From contig NC_082731.1 of assembly GCF_030144855.1 (NCBI RefSeq), forward strand, positions 22,072,001 through 22,136,000: DNA of 64,000 nucleotides, read 5' to 3'. A program made the translations under genes and the position numbers. The notes beneath the pieces were generated by a model that saw only the letters and a list, made by a program, of their open reading frames with translations, was not told the DNA's origin and searched no databases. Below, one piece after another: positions 38,657 through 51,067 of the stretch (position 1 is the stretch's first letter; the number at the start of each line of letters is the position of its first letter). The stretch comes from Hypanus sabinus (lineage: Eukaryota).

Positions 38657-39624
38657 AATGTTTTCGATCTATTTTTCAATCAATCATTTTATCGGTCTAT
38701 TCAGCTATACTTCTTTATCTGTCTCTCTGTGTCTTGTTTTCTTCGATTTAACAAAACTGTTGTATTTCACAATTGAGACTCCATCAACGTCCAGCTATAA
38801 AACAAGTACTCTCCATTCCCATTATGACCTTTAAGAGTTGTGTTTATTATCTGTCGTGTATGAACAAGAAAATGTTGGTTAGCATCCTGTGAATGCATGG
38901 TTCTGTCCTTCTGCATCGTTTCCAAAGTTATGGGCTGTCGTCAGGGTCCTTGCAATCGCCGAAGCTTCAACATAGTTTGCGTATGAAACTGTCTACCATA
39001 TATACACACAGGTGTTACATAGCAGCAATAGATCACACATTGAGTCAGGTTTCAATGTTAAAACCACTAAATTCGTTAGTATCTACTCAATGTATAGAGA
39101 ACTAAAAGAAATAAAGAAACGTTAACAGTGTTATGCGTGTTTGAGTGTGTGTGTGTAGGGGGGGGGGAGGAGGGGGAGCTCCCAGGTAGTCATGTTTAGG
39201 AACAGTTCTTAATGTATTAAGATTAAGATAGCAAAGTAGAAGGTTCTGTGATCCACGGAAATAAATGAGGGAGAGATTTGTAAATGCACTTTAAAACGTA
39301 GAGATCTGGCAAGAATTTCTCAGATTCTATGCCGGAAAAGCAAAATTACGGTCGCCGAAGATCTTATCCGTCAAGTCGTTCCGAAATTCTCATCGAAATA
39401 TCACCAAGTGACAGTCACAAAGAGTCCATTCTTCCAAGTGCTTACCACATAACACACCTGCATGTTAACAAAGTAGTCCTACACGATATTCCAAAAAAAA
39501 ATCCACACACGGATTATACGAAGTGACAGTCATACATCTAATGTGCTGTGTGCCGTTGATCGACCCAATCTTCGGGCATGGGAAACTATCAGAATTTACA
39601 CAGTTTAAACAAGCTCCTATTGGC

Positions 39625-39887
39625 NNNNNNNNNNNNNNNNNNNNNNNNNNNNNNNNNNNNNNNNNNNNNNNNNNNNNNNNNNNNNNNNNNNNNNNNNNNN
39701 NNNNNNNNNNNNNNNNNNNNNNNNNNNNNNNNNNNNNNNNNNNNNNNNNNNNNNNNNNNNNNNNNNNNNNNNNNNNNNNNNNNNNNNNNNNNNNNNNNNN
39801 NNNNNNNNNNNNNNNNNNNNNNNNNNNNNNNNNNNNNNNNNNNNNNNNNNNNNNNNNNNNNNNNNNNNNNNNNNNNNNNNNNNNNNN
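39625..39887. other. Assembly gap
   Basis: N run. Confidence 1.
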
Positions 39888-39954
39888 CTAGCATGGATAA
39901 CATATAGCATGCTATAGACGAATATAGCATATTACAGAAGCGCAGGAAGTTACG

Positions 39955-41166
39955 GGAAACGTGTTCCAAATACGAGGAAATTTGCAGATGCTGGAAATTC
40001 ATGCAACTCACACTGCTGTCGGAAATGCCTGCTGCTGGAACACAGCAGGCCAGACAACATCCATAAGGAGAAGCACTGCCGAAGTTTCGGGCCGAGATCC
40101 TTCGTCAGGACTAACTGAAAGGAAAGAGAGTAAGAAATTTGACAGAAGCAGGGGGAGGGGAAAATGGCAAATGATAGGAGAAGTCCGGAGGTGGTGGTGT
40201 GAAACTGAGGGCCGGTGAGGTGATTTGGCAAAAGGGATACAGAGCTGGAGAAATGTGAAAGGATCATTGGACGGCCTCGGGAGAAAGAAAGTGGGAGCAG
40301 AGCACCATAATGAGAGGGAGAATAGGCAGAGTGATGGGCACCAAGAAAGAACAAAGGCGGATGAAAAAAAAAATCTAAATATATCAGGGATGGGGTAAGA
40401 AGGGGAGTAGGGGCATTAAAGACATTTACAGAAGTCAACGTTCATGCCATCAGTTCGGAGGCTACCCAGGCGGTATATAATGTGCTGTTCCTCCAACCAG
40501 AGTGTGGCGTCATCTTGACAGTAGAGGAGACCATGGATAGACATATTAGAATGGGAATGCGACGTGGAATTAAAATATGTGGTCACTGGGACATCCTGCT
40601 TTCTCTCGCGGACAGAGCGCAGGAGTTCAGCGAAACGATTTCCTATTCTGCGTCGTGTCTCCCCGACATATAAAAGGAAACACCGGGAGCACCGAACGTA
40701 GTATACAACATCAGCTGACTCACCTTGACGGACTGTCTAGGGCCCTGAAATTGGTGAGGGAGGAAGTGTGAGGGCAGTTGTAGCACTTGTTGCGCTTACA
40801 AGGGTAAGTGCCAGGTGGGAGATCGGTGGGAAGGGATGAGCAGGACAACTGGACAAGGGAGTTGCGTGTGGAGCGATCCCTGCGGAAAGCTGAAAGGGGA
40901 AGGGGTTAGACGGAAAGATGTGCTTGGTAGTGGCATCCCGTTGGAATGTCAACAAATACGCTCAAAAACTTTTGAAAACAAAGGGGCTTCCCTTCTTCTA
41001 CAATCAACTCTGCACTCAAACGCATCTCTCCCATTTCCCTCACATCTGCCCTCACCACATCCGCCCAGCACCCGGCTCGGGCTAGGGTCCCCTTGTCCTC
41101 ACCTACCACCCCACCAGCCTCCAGGTCCAACGTATAATTCTCTGTAACTTCCGCCATCTCCAACGG
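39955..41166 (-). mobile_element. Penelope-like retroelement (GIY-YIG end) with inverted 5' segment
   Basis: Minus strand QRDATTKHIF...GTYPCKRNKCYNC...VVYYVRCSRC.LYVGETRRRIGNRF and 3' tail. Segment about 40960-41166 is on the plus strand and encodes the preceding LVLTYHPTSLQVQRIILCNFRHLQR. Confidence 0.85.
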
Positions 41167-41179
41167 TTAAATAATTTAC

Positions 41180-42350
41180 AGTGAACTTGGCCTCTTTGAC
41201 TTGGAGTGAGGATATACAGAGGGATGTAAAATGATGTAAGGCATTGACCGTCAGGTTAGCTAAAGGGTTTTTAATTTGTCCCCCACGGCTGTAATAACTA
41301 ACGCGAGGGGGCATACTTCCAAGGGACCTCGTGGTAGGTTCAATCGGGGATGTCGTAATTTATCGTTTTTACACAGAAATTAGTGGGTGCCTGGTATGCA
41401 CTGCCAGCGATATTGGTAGAGGCGGTTATAATGGGGTCCATAATAACATAATAATAATACTCGCTGATATGTACTTGGAACTTAGACAATTAGAGAGCTA
41501 TGCGGTTGTGGAATTCTCGGCAGATTCGACAGTAGGTTGCAAGTCCGGCATAACGTTGTGTGCCGAAGGACCTGTAGTGTGCTGTAAAATCCCATGGACT
41601 ATTTTTTTTGTTCCATTATGGAAGATCGGTGGTGAGAAGGTGTTCTGCTCTATTCTTTTCTGATTGTGGTCTTCAGATAAGTTGCTGGGACGGAAGCTGC
41701 CGGTCTTTGAAATTTAATTCGAGGAACTTTCTGACGACTGTATTTAGATTTATGATTTTGAGGTAGAAACTATAGTCAACAATCTAACTTCAGAGGCGTT
41801 GCTGTCTATACTGTGGGAGATGAGATTATGGAAAGTGATATGCCGTCAGGCGGAGTTCAGTTTCAATAGACAATAGACAATAGGTGCAGAAGAAGACCAT
41901 TCGGCCCTATTGGCCTGCACCGCCATTTTGAGATCATGGCTGGTTATCTAGTACCAATACACGTTTCCAGCCTTGTCCCCACATCCCTTGATTCCGCTAT
42001 CCATAAGATACATATATAGCTCTTTCTTGAAAGCATCCAGAGAATTGTCCTCCACTGCCTTCTGAGGCAGAGCATTCCACACCCTCACAACTCTCTGGGA
42101 GACGATTTTTTTCTTTAACTCTGTCCTAAGTGACCTACCCCTTTTTCTTAGAACCATGCCCTCTGGTACTGGACTCTCCCAGCATCTGGAACATATTTCC
42201 TGCCTCTATTTTGTCCAATTCCTTAATAATCTTATATGTTGCAATCAGATCCCCTCTCAATGTCCTTAATTCCAGAGTGTACAAGCCAAGTCTCACTAAC
42301 CTCTCTGCGTAAGACAGTCCGGACATCCCAGGAATCAATGTGTCGAGCCT
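41180..42350. mobile_element. CR1 3' fragments (plus about 41180-41660, minus about 41870-42350)
   Basis: LIPGMSGLSYAERLVRLGLYTLELRTLRGDLI and RVWNALP on minus; similar 3' region on plus. Confidence 0.8.
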
Positions 42351-44239
42351 GCCTGGCGGGCTGCTTTTGAAATGTACTGAAACCATCACATTTCAAATAA
42401 TTTCATTAGGATTGAGGCAAAAGTACCATCACTCATATTCCTTCATTTACTGCTATCATAGAAATTACGATTATTCACACGTTGTTCTGTGCTGATGCTG
42501 AACTCATGTACTGGGACCGCATAACGGCCGAATGCATATATTGTCTTTTTTTTTCTTCTTCTACCATCTATTAGACAGAAATCATAGCGCGAGAGAGGAA
42601 CATGAAACAAATCAGTGCAAAAACAGGTTTGGTTGCAAAATGAAGCCCAGTCAAACATGAGGCTCATTGGATCCTTATTACAGACCTTGGACAGGGCGAC
42701 GTCAAGCCCACCTTATCAGTCTCCGTTCGTCTATTGTGTATACGACTCTCGTCCTGCCAAATCCCTAATGTTGAGATGCCTTGCCCACCTAAAACCTAGT
42801 TTTCATGAATGTTTTGCGATATACTCCCAACAGCAATCGACCGTTGACTGGAAATAAGAAATCGTGCATAACGTACATTTCTGGAGAGGTTTGTTTAAGA
42901 ATGCAAACTTAAATAATTATTTATTAAATAAAAGAATGAAGAAAAAGGGCCATTTTGCACTGTTGTTGGAGCTCAGCTGAAATATATTTGTCACTCACGC
43001 ATCGGACACTCCAAACCTTTCTCGAAATCGAGCTCACAGAAACGGGTCCCCCACCGTGGTATTGGTCATTTTCCTTGAAGCATTTTATCTGCACAAAGCA
43101 CCTTGTGCCGCAGGGACGGTATCATCAGACATTCTCCGTCGTGTGTCCTCATTGCTCCCGCCAAATATGACCTCCACACCGACCAGTTTGTCTCTTGAAA
43201 CCTCTCGGGCAGATTACTCAATAAAATTTTCACTATAATACCATTGTAATCAGATGACACCACATTCTTTAGTTCGATAACAGAACTCGTTATCATCAGT
43301 TCAAATCCAAAATAGGCTGAAAGCAGAACGAGACAGCTCTTAGAAAAATGCAATCACAAAATTCCTATGGCATTTAAGTACCATACTTAACGAGGGGGTT
43401 AAAATACGTTTCTACCAAAAATGTTGTCTTCGTGAAATTTAAATCTATCACACCATAATTAATAATGCAGTTTTCAAAGGAATGTTGTGATGTCAGCACC
43501 GCCAATCCATTTGAGAATGGTAGTGACATATTTTATTACGGAGATAGAAACAGCGCTCTGGTCCCTCAGTTGGGTCATATGCGAGCCTACCTGGCGTTCT
43601 GCGGACTCGTTTAGACGTCTTCATTCCCTGTTCCGCTCCATCAAGCAACCCTTCTAACCTACTCTGCATACAATACTGTGCCTATCCTTGCATGTAACAT
43701 GCGTCTTACGCCGGCCTTGTCACTCTGCTCCACGACCGAAATTAACTTTCATCAGTTTAAGACAGTGTAGCCAAAACTCCTCCTATGTGCTACCCTCCCA
43801 ACATATCTCAGAAAAGGGTGATATCAGTCGCTTCAATGGTGTGGCATGAGCTCCTGGAATAAGAAACAACAGCGTTCCCAGCAAAAAAAAACACACACAT
43901 ATTCACGTCCCAACATCTTCTCAATAAACTTGATTTTTTTCCATTATTCGGACGTCCGACGAGTTCTGGGGTTGCTGACACTCTCGATAATCCTCCAGTG
44001 TGTAATATAATAGCTGTTGAATTGGTGCACCGCACTTTTAGTCGTTTCTGCTCAACATTGTGGTTTGACAAAAAAAGACCCAAAGCAACTCTGAACACTA
44101 GGTGAATATACAAGTTTTTCAAAAAAATTCTCCCCACTTTTCTTGTTGCATGCTCCCAGGAACTTTCTCACAACAGCAGTATTTGTTCCCAAAAGAATGT
44201 AAGCACTGCGAGGCGTCTGAATCTCTCCGCACACTCTAA

Positions 44240-45700
44240 CCGCCTAATACTGGAATTAGCCTGATGAACCTCCTCTGCACCATTATCTTTCCTCAAGAAA
44301 GGAGAACGTAACTGCAGGCAGTTCTCCAGGTGCAGCCTTAGCCGTGCCCTGCACAGTTGCAACATCTTCAACATCTCCCAGGTCGTCAATTCCGCAATAA
44401 ATGGCCAACAGTACATTTAACTTCTTGACAACCCGCTGTACTAGCAAACACAATTTATGTGTGTTCATGCATAAATACTCGTAATTCCGTCTGCATTTCA
44501 GCATGCTGTATTTTTAAATATTTATATAATATACTTCTCTTTCATTTTTTTTTCTCAAAATGTTTCGCATTCATCAACAATGTACTCCATCTACTGGAAT
44601 CTTACACAATCGCTTATTCTAACAATATCTGTCTGAACTTGTCCATATCTGTCTGTAGGCTCACCGGAACTTCTGCTCAATTTCCTTTACCAATACATTT
44701 TGTAGGATCAACAAATTTAGATTATCGACACTTGGTCCCCACATCCAGGTCATTGAAGATTCTTGTGAACATTCGCCGGCCTTCAATGGATGCTGTGGCA
44801 AATATCTGAGCAGTGATTCTCAACTATAGTTACAATTAAATATTCCAACTCTATGCTTTATTTTTGTTACCTAATCCTTCATTCATGCTAACACATGAAC
44901 CGTAATTCTACTCATTCTTATCTGATGAAGAACTCTTTTAAGTAGCACTTTATCGATCGCGACCAGAAAATCTAAGTAAGTAAGGGGCATTTGTTCCCTT
45001 CTGTGCACTGTACTCGTCAGATCCTCAAAGGACGCCAATATGTTTGTCTGGTAGGGTCTGCATTTGCTGCCACCATGCTGTGTCTGCTAGATGCACCCAT
45101 TTCTTTCCAGATGCCCTGCTGTTTCTTCTTTAATCATCGTTTAAAGATTTTCGCAACTACTGTTGTTAAACTAACTGGCACATGGTTATCTACCTTTTTC
45201 CAACATAACTTTTCGAATAGTCGCATGAAAATTGCTGCCTGCCAATCCACCAGGAACTTCAGTGAGACCAGTAAATTTTGATAAAATATCAAAAAGGCCT
45301 CTACATTAACTTTTGCAGTTCCATTCAGAATTCAGGGATATACTGCATCAGGAGTAGGGGACTTATCTTCAGGTCCACACATTTGCTCTGAATTAACTCT
45401 TTAGTAATAGCGGTTTTGCCGATGCCCTCAACTCTCTATGGATTCACGCAATCTCTGTTTGGCATGTTGGATATGTCCTCCAATGTGAAGACCGACACAA
45501 AATCGGTACTCAGTACCTCGACCATTTCTTCATCATCCTATATCAGTTGCCTATTCTCGTTCTCCTGGGGAACTACTTTATTTTAGCCACTCCTTTCCGC
45601 TTCAATATAATTATATATAAATATAAACTAACTTTTATTATTCGTTTTTATGCTATCTGCTAGTTTATTTTCATCATCTACCTTCCCTACTTAACATGTT
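44240..45700 (-). mobile_element. CR1 fragments, degraded
   Basis: LRLHLENCLQLRSPFLRKD-like segment and reverse-complement similarity to CR1 ORF2. Confidence 0.6.
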
Positions 45701-46275
45701 CCCACTTACATTCACATTCGTTCTTCCGTTTAATGACAAGATCAGGACACAGTAACCTTGCTGCGGCCGAAAACCAAAGTTATTTTCTATACGATAACAA
45801 ACGATGGATATATCCAGTTCTGACTCTGATGAAGCGGATTAACAGTATTCCTTCAGCGCCTTACCAACCGGCGCATAGCATTCATGGCTCTTTGAGCATG
45901 TTCACCATCGATATGTCCTCTCCGCGATACAGATAGGTTCTTGCATGACTTCTCATTTTCTTCACCTCGCTAATATTTCCATCATTCCTTCTGTTATTTC
46001 CAGAATGAAATTTCGTTACAGATTTGTTACTATTATTGTCTAGCCTTGCGTGATATATTACAACATCACTGTTTCTGTTGTCTATCAGATTACTAATAAT
46101 TCAAGTGCATTAATCAATGAATCATAGACATACGAAAAGAATAAACCCATTTGGCCCATCAAGGCTTCTATACCATTTTATTCTGGCAGATACAGTCATC
46201 TACTCTGCTCCAATCTCCTAATTTTTCACCTTATGATTTCATATCCTGAACAAATAACAATATATCAACACCAAT

Positions 46276-46562
46276 AGGCACTGTCAGTCAACCAGAAAGC
46301 CTTCAATTATTCTCATACTTTGCCTCCTGCCAGTCAGCTAGTGGCTTAGTAATCCTCTCAGAACTTTTGCACTTAGCTTGTTAAGCAGCCTGAATTATTC
46401 TCCCTCAATCGGGATAAAACATCACGACAAAAGCTAACAAATAGTCGACATTATACTGTCAGCACCATCGGCTCTCTTGTTTCCGATCCCGCTATGTATA
46501 TTTGTGCAATGACGCCCACGTTATTTCTTAATAGCTACAGAGCCGGGGAAAAAAAAAAACCC
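46276..46562 (+). pseudogene. V1-family V pseudogene (3' two-thirds) with 23-RSS
   Basis: AGG CAC TGT CAG (decayed WYRQ), QPESLQL, PELFSLNRDKTS, TIGSLVSDPAMYICAMTP. The 17 nt TGTGCAATGACGCCCAC are identical to V1. Heptamer CACGTTA (46517-46523), 23 bp, then GG-A11-CC (nonamer with expanded A run). The 5' part is replaced by CR1-like sequence. Confidence 0.8.
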
Positions 46563-46679
46563 AGAGGATCAAACCTATTGTCTTCAGAGGCACTTTGAGA
46601 TTAGTTGATCTGAAAATAGAAGGTATAGTGAATTAAACCTATGTCTACAATGAGCAAAGCTCTAATATTCACAAAGATA

Positions 46680-47810
46680 AAGCACAGAAAGCTTACAACA
46701 CTATACAGACTCTTCGGCCCACAAAACTGTGCTGAACATGTGCCTATTTTAGAAATGACCTACGGTTGCCCAAGCCCCTCTATTTTTAAGCCACATGTTC
46801 CTATCCAGTAGTCTCTGAAAAGTCCCTATAGTTTTTTTTTTCTCCACCACCGTTTCCAGTGTACATTCCACGCACTCAGGACTCTCTGCGTAATAAAAAA
46901 TCACAACTTACAACACATGTCTGCTGTACCTGCTTACTCTCGTGTTAGGCATTTCAGCCCTGTGAAAAACCCTCTGACTATCCAGACACTTAATAGCTCT
47001 CATCATCGTATACACCTCCATCAGGTCCCCTCTCGACCATCATCACTGCAAGGATAAAAGGCCTATTTCAACCACTCAACTTATCCTCATAAGTCATGCT
47101 CCCCAATCCAGGCAACATCTTTTTGAACATTCTCTGCACACGTTAGCATCCTTTCTGTAGTGAGCCGATTAGAACTGAGCAGAGTTATCCGTGTGGTTTG
47201 ACCACCTCTCGTCTCTTAAACACAGTCCCCGATTGATGAAGGCCAATGCACCATCTGCGTTCTTAACCACGGAGTCGACCTGAGCAGCAGCTTTGAGTGT
47301 CCGATGAACTTGGATACCAAGATCCCTCTGATCCTCCACACTGCCAAGACTCTTATCATTAATACTATATTCTGACATCATACTTGATCTAACAAAATAT
47401 ACCACCTTCAGCCCAGTTTACATTCTGCCGAAGTCCCTCTGTAACATCTAAGCTCTCCACACAATCCACAGCATCCCCAAACTCATCAGCAAGTTTAATA
47501 ATCCATCCCTCCATATCTTCATCCCGGTCATTTATAAAAATCACAAGGAATAATGGGTCACAGAACAGATCCTGTGGGCACCCCTCTCGTCACCGACCTC
47601 CATGCCGAATAAGACTCATCTACTCATCGACTCATTATTCTCCTTCTGTGTGTAAGACAATTCTGAATCCACAAGGCAATGTTCCCCTGGACCATTTGCC
47701 TTATTTTCTCAATAAGCCTCGAATGGGGTACCATATCAATTGACTTGCTGAAATGCATATGCACAACATCTACGGTTCAACGCTCATTAATATGTTTACC
47801 AACATCCTCA
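46680..47810 (-). mobile_element. CR1 RT/3' fragment
   Basis: YSINDKSLGSVEDQRDLGIQVHRTLKAAAQVD...LAFINRG on minus; catagaacat-type tail. Confidence 0.8.
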
Positions 47811-48059
47811 AAGTTCATATAATCTGAAGTGTTTTAGGATTGAAACCACACTTGAGAAATTTCCAGTACCAACATTTTGGTCTCATATTGTCAGTTTCTC
47901 AATGCAGACAAGAGAGTGAAAGATATAGTTGTGCATCATCGATTCCTGTTAATCACCAGAGTGAAAGATGACTATTTATGGAATTGTACTTACTCTCCAC
48001 ATACTGTTGACTTCTTCTGATATTTTGTGGTACTTCGAAATTCTAAATGCATCTCCAAA

Positions 48060-48080
48060 TGACGTAGATCAGATGACGTA
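48060..48080 (+). promoter_or_regulatory. Two CRE-like TGACGTA motifs about 170 bp upstream of the V4 leader
   Basis: TGACGTA at 48060-48066 and 48074-48080. Confidence 0.45.
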
Positions 48081-48240
48081 CACAAACGTGATTTGTGCCT
48101 AATAATCCTTATCGTTGTGACAACGCAAACCTCCATCAGGACAATGCCATTTATCTGCAACATAAAGCAATTGTTTTCGAGCTGTGATTTTTCTTACATA
48201 GAATTGAACACGGCGGTTTATCTACCATCAAGGCAACATC

Positions 48241-48607
48241 ATGGACTTTGCACATTTTGATGTGATAGTAATTCTGGCACATCAACGTCGGTCTAAAATT
48301 AAGAATCTGATGTGCGCCGCTTGGCTGTAAGATGGTCTAAAACCTCTAACTGTTTTATGCTTCCTTGCAGTGAATTTCAGTGAGGAGCCAGAATCCAGGA
48401 AACCGCTTGGTATGACTGCTAAGGAAGGGCACATCGTAACACTCAATTTCACCTATTCCTCAACTTACAAAATGTGTACTCCATTGTAGTACACTCCAGT
48501 TCCCGGCAGCCTGCCGAACTATCTAAGAAAAAAGAAACGCAGTGCTGATTTCGAGGAGCGACATCCCGTTATGTCATACACAATTTTCTGTCCTATTAGA
48601 CGCATTT
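48241..48607 (+). pseudogene. TRAV-type pseudogene V4 (leader 48241-48286, intron 48287-48370, V exon from 48371)
   Basis: MDFAHFDVIVILAHQ-C|gt, 84-bp intron, ttccttgcag. TAKEGHIVTLNFTYSST (Cys to Phe), PL*Y (Trp to TAG at 48487), PVPGSLPNYL, ADFEER, an FR3 deletion, then IFCPIR. RSS decayed. Confidence 0.8.
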
Positions 48608-48655
48608 GTCGGTAGGTTAATTTTACTATCGACAGGGCTCTCCTCTCTGATTCAG

Positions 48656-48962
48656 TCAGGAACAATTGTGACATCACACAGAATTGATATGATATCAGCT
48701 GCGTACCCGGTCAAGACGTCCAAATAATCAGGCTTATGGTCTCCAAAGGCCGCCCTGAGGCGTCGAAATTTGGTGATCGAAAAATAAAATAACACTGCAA
48801 AGGAACTGCGAATTAAATATGTCGTTAAAAATAGCGAAGCTATAGTATCCGCAATGCTCTTTCTAATCTGAAATTTAATAGGGTTCAAATATGTTCTACC
48901 AAATTGAAGCTATTTAGACACTGATCCATGTCGCTAACACGATATTGAGCCAACAGAAACTG
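48656..48962 (+). pseudogene. Possible decayed Ig light-chain-like V relic
   Basis: Phase-1 acceptor then NCDITQ...VPGQDVQI, SKG, W(Y)RK, KG..*IC (LIY-like), SIRNALS eight codons later (GIPDRFS-like), D near the expected FR3 position. Many substitutions. Confidence 0.3.
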
Positions 48963-50893
48963 ATTCACATGTCTCATTGACCCGGAGGCACAGCAGCATG
49001 TTTCCAGGTACTACGATCCAGTTCCTCAGAGTATTGTAAGCTGCTGCTGTGCATTGAAGACCTCGAGAAATTTTTTTTTCTTCTGCCAGATTATTTCATT
49101 GTTAATCTGTAGCCAAGTGTCTTCCGATGAGTACTCAGTCCTGAATCATTGGACGGCCAGGAAGTAAGAAAGCACGTTCATGATTTGCGTCCGCATCGGG
49201 CAGACGGATACACGTGGAGGAAATACATATTGACAGTGTCATTGCTGTGAAGTTTTAACTTTGGTAAACGATGTTATTATCTTATACAAGTGCATTAATT
49301 GACATGGAATCTCTTTCAATTTATTCAGCAAAGATTCAATAACCTATTACGCATGTTTCATCAGCTGTAACAGATTCAAATCTCTTTCATCTCTCCAGAA
49401 GCTTATTTTATGTACACTGCATTGCCCTGTGGTTGATGTGGTTGTATTATGCAGCAAATATTCAAAGTACACACGGCCATTATTACCTTTGGTTATACGA
49501 CATGCAATCTGCAGATTCATCTTCATGCAGGAATTCCAAAATTAAAGAAACACATAGTCGAAAAAAAAACAACGCTCAATCAAATACTGGTAAATGTCTA
49601 TTATGCGAAATAAATGGTGCAAACAATAAAACAAATAAACAAATAGCACACAGAATGTGTGCAGCAGAGTTCTCGAAAGAGCTGAAATGTTTAACGAAGT
49701 ATTTTACGGGCATGCAACTTCAAAATGCAACGAACTTTCTAATTATTATCACCTTTCACTTTATTTTCTGATATTTTGCAGCTTAATTCTGGAGGCATAA
49801 TTTGATATATTCTTGATTGGTCATGGCATGATGGGATATGGGGGAAGCCGATAGATTGGGGCTAAGAGGACAATTGCATTAGCCAGGATAAAATGGCAGA
49901 CCGGCACGATGTGCGATATGTCATAATTCCCTCCAATATCCGTTGGCCTTTTTGTAATTGTAGTCTTTTTCAACCCCGATATCCTTTGTTAATGTCTTTT
50001 GTTTTGTTATTTACCATTTGTCCTGTAATTACACATATCTCATTGAAAAATAATACAGAATTAACATCAGGTTTAATATTACAGTCATATTGCGTGTTTT
50101 CTTTTAGCTCTCGGCAGATTACAATGGCATGTATAGTAAGTAGGTACAGGAAAAGTAACTCAATTGCATCCAGCAGATAAGCGTATATCAAGCAGTAAAG
50201 TTTAAACAAAGTATTGAAAAGAAAGACAGAAACTGAAAAAAAAAAACATATATATATATATATATATATAATGTTGTGAACAAGCTAAAACGAGAATATA
50301 TGACCATTTCTATTCCTTTCAAGCAGAACTGCAGATAGGGCTGTCCATGCAAAAATCGAAAAAAAATATTTCCGGAACTAAGTTCTCATTGGCTGTTAGT
50401 GGGTATCCTAAACGGAAGCATTTGTGTATTTGCGTACTGACTGTTGAACCCTGCTGCAGAGTCTAGACATGAACCTAACAAGTCCTGGAAGTTAGAAGTG
50501 GATGTTCTATACCTTTCCACTCGTGATAGAACACGTAGAAACCACCATTGAGTGGGTTTTATGAACTTCCTTTGAGTTAAAACTTTGCCAGGATTGAATT
50601 CAGAAGTGCCGCACTGCTATAAGTTTATTTGCCTTTGTCGAAATTAGTTTTTCTTTAACACAACATGGATTGCCTGGGATACTGTCTAGATCCAGACAAT
50701 TCAGCTGCCGAGACAGAATCGTTGTGTTAAGCCTACTTCTCTTTGAAACCGCAGAAACTGTAGAATAAAGTGTCAAACGTATATGAAAATGTCAGCGAAT
50801 TAAATAACGTAAAATATGTTACCCCATGTCTTCACATTCTTGACTTAAATGCATTAGGGCACATGTTTAAGCTGATCTGATACATATTTCAAG

Positions 50894-51067
50894 GAGAACT
50901 GTAGTGTACCCCTTACTTTTATGAGTTCAGAATGTGGTTGATATATCTGACATGCGCCAGAAGGGCTTACATAAACACATGCAATTTTATCAAATGCACA
51001 AATAGGTAAATAAAACATGGTATTTTTATAGTGTACGACGATGACATTGAGCAAGTTGGATATAAAC
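50894..51067 (+). pseudogene. 5' half of a V relic interrupted by the hAT element
   Basis: gaagggcttacataaacacatgcaatttt...TGGTAT (W at 51018) resembles V3 GTT ACA GTT TTA CAT TGT AAT TAT...TGG TAC with near-identical spacing. Confidence 0.4.

Noticed and set aside
42610-42720. CK..F and HW...GQG motifs suggesting a VH relic
   Set aside because: Spacing is inconsistent and no FR3 or RSS is present.
43066-43353. Leader-like HFSKSCLVLLSAYF and LPERF/SRD/EDT motifs on minus
   Set aside because: TTG start, no donor site, motifs in conflicting frames, no nonamer.
43808-44137. 109-aa minus ORF with VEQ and VFFFAG
   Set aside because: No Trp41 or intron structure; RSS match at chance level.
50655-50730. 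10-bp perfect inverted repeat (ttaacacaac/gttgtgttaa)
   Set aside because: Single short instance with no TSD; plausible by chance in 64 kb.
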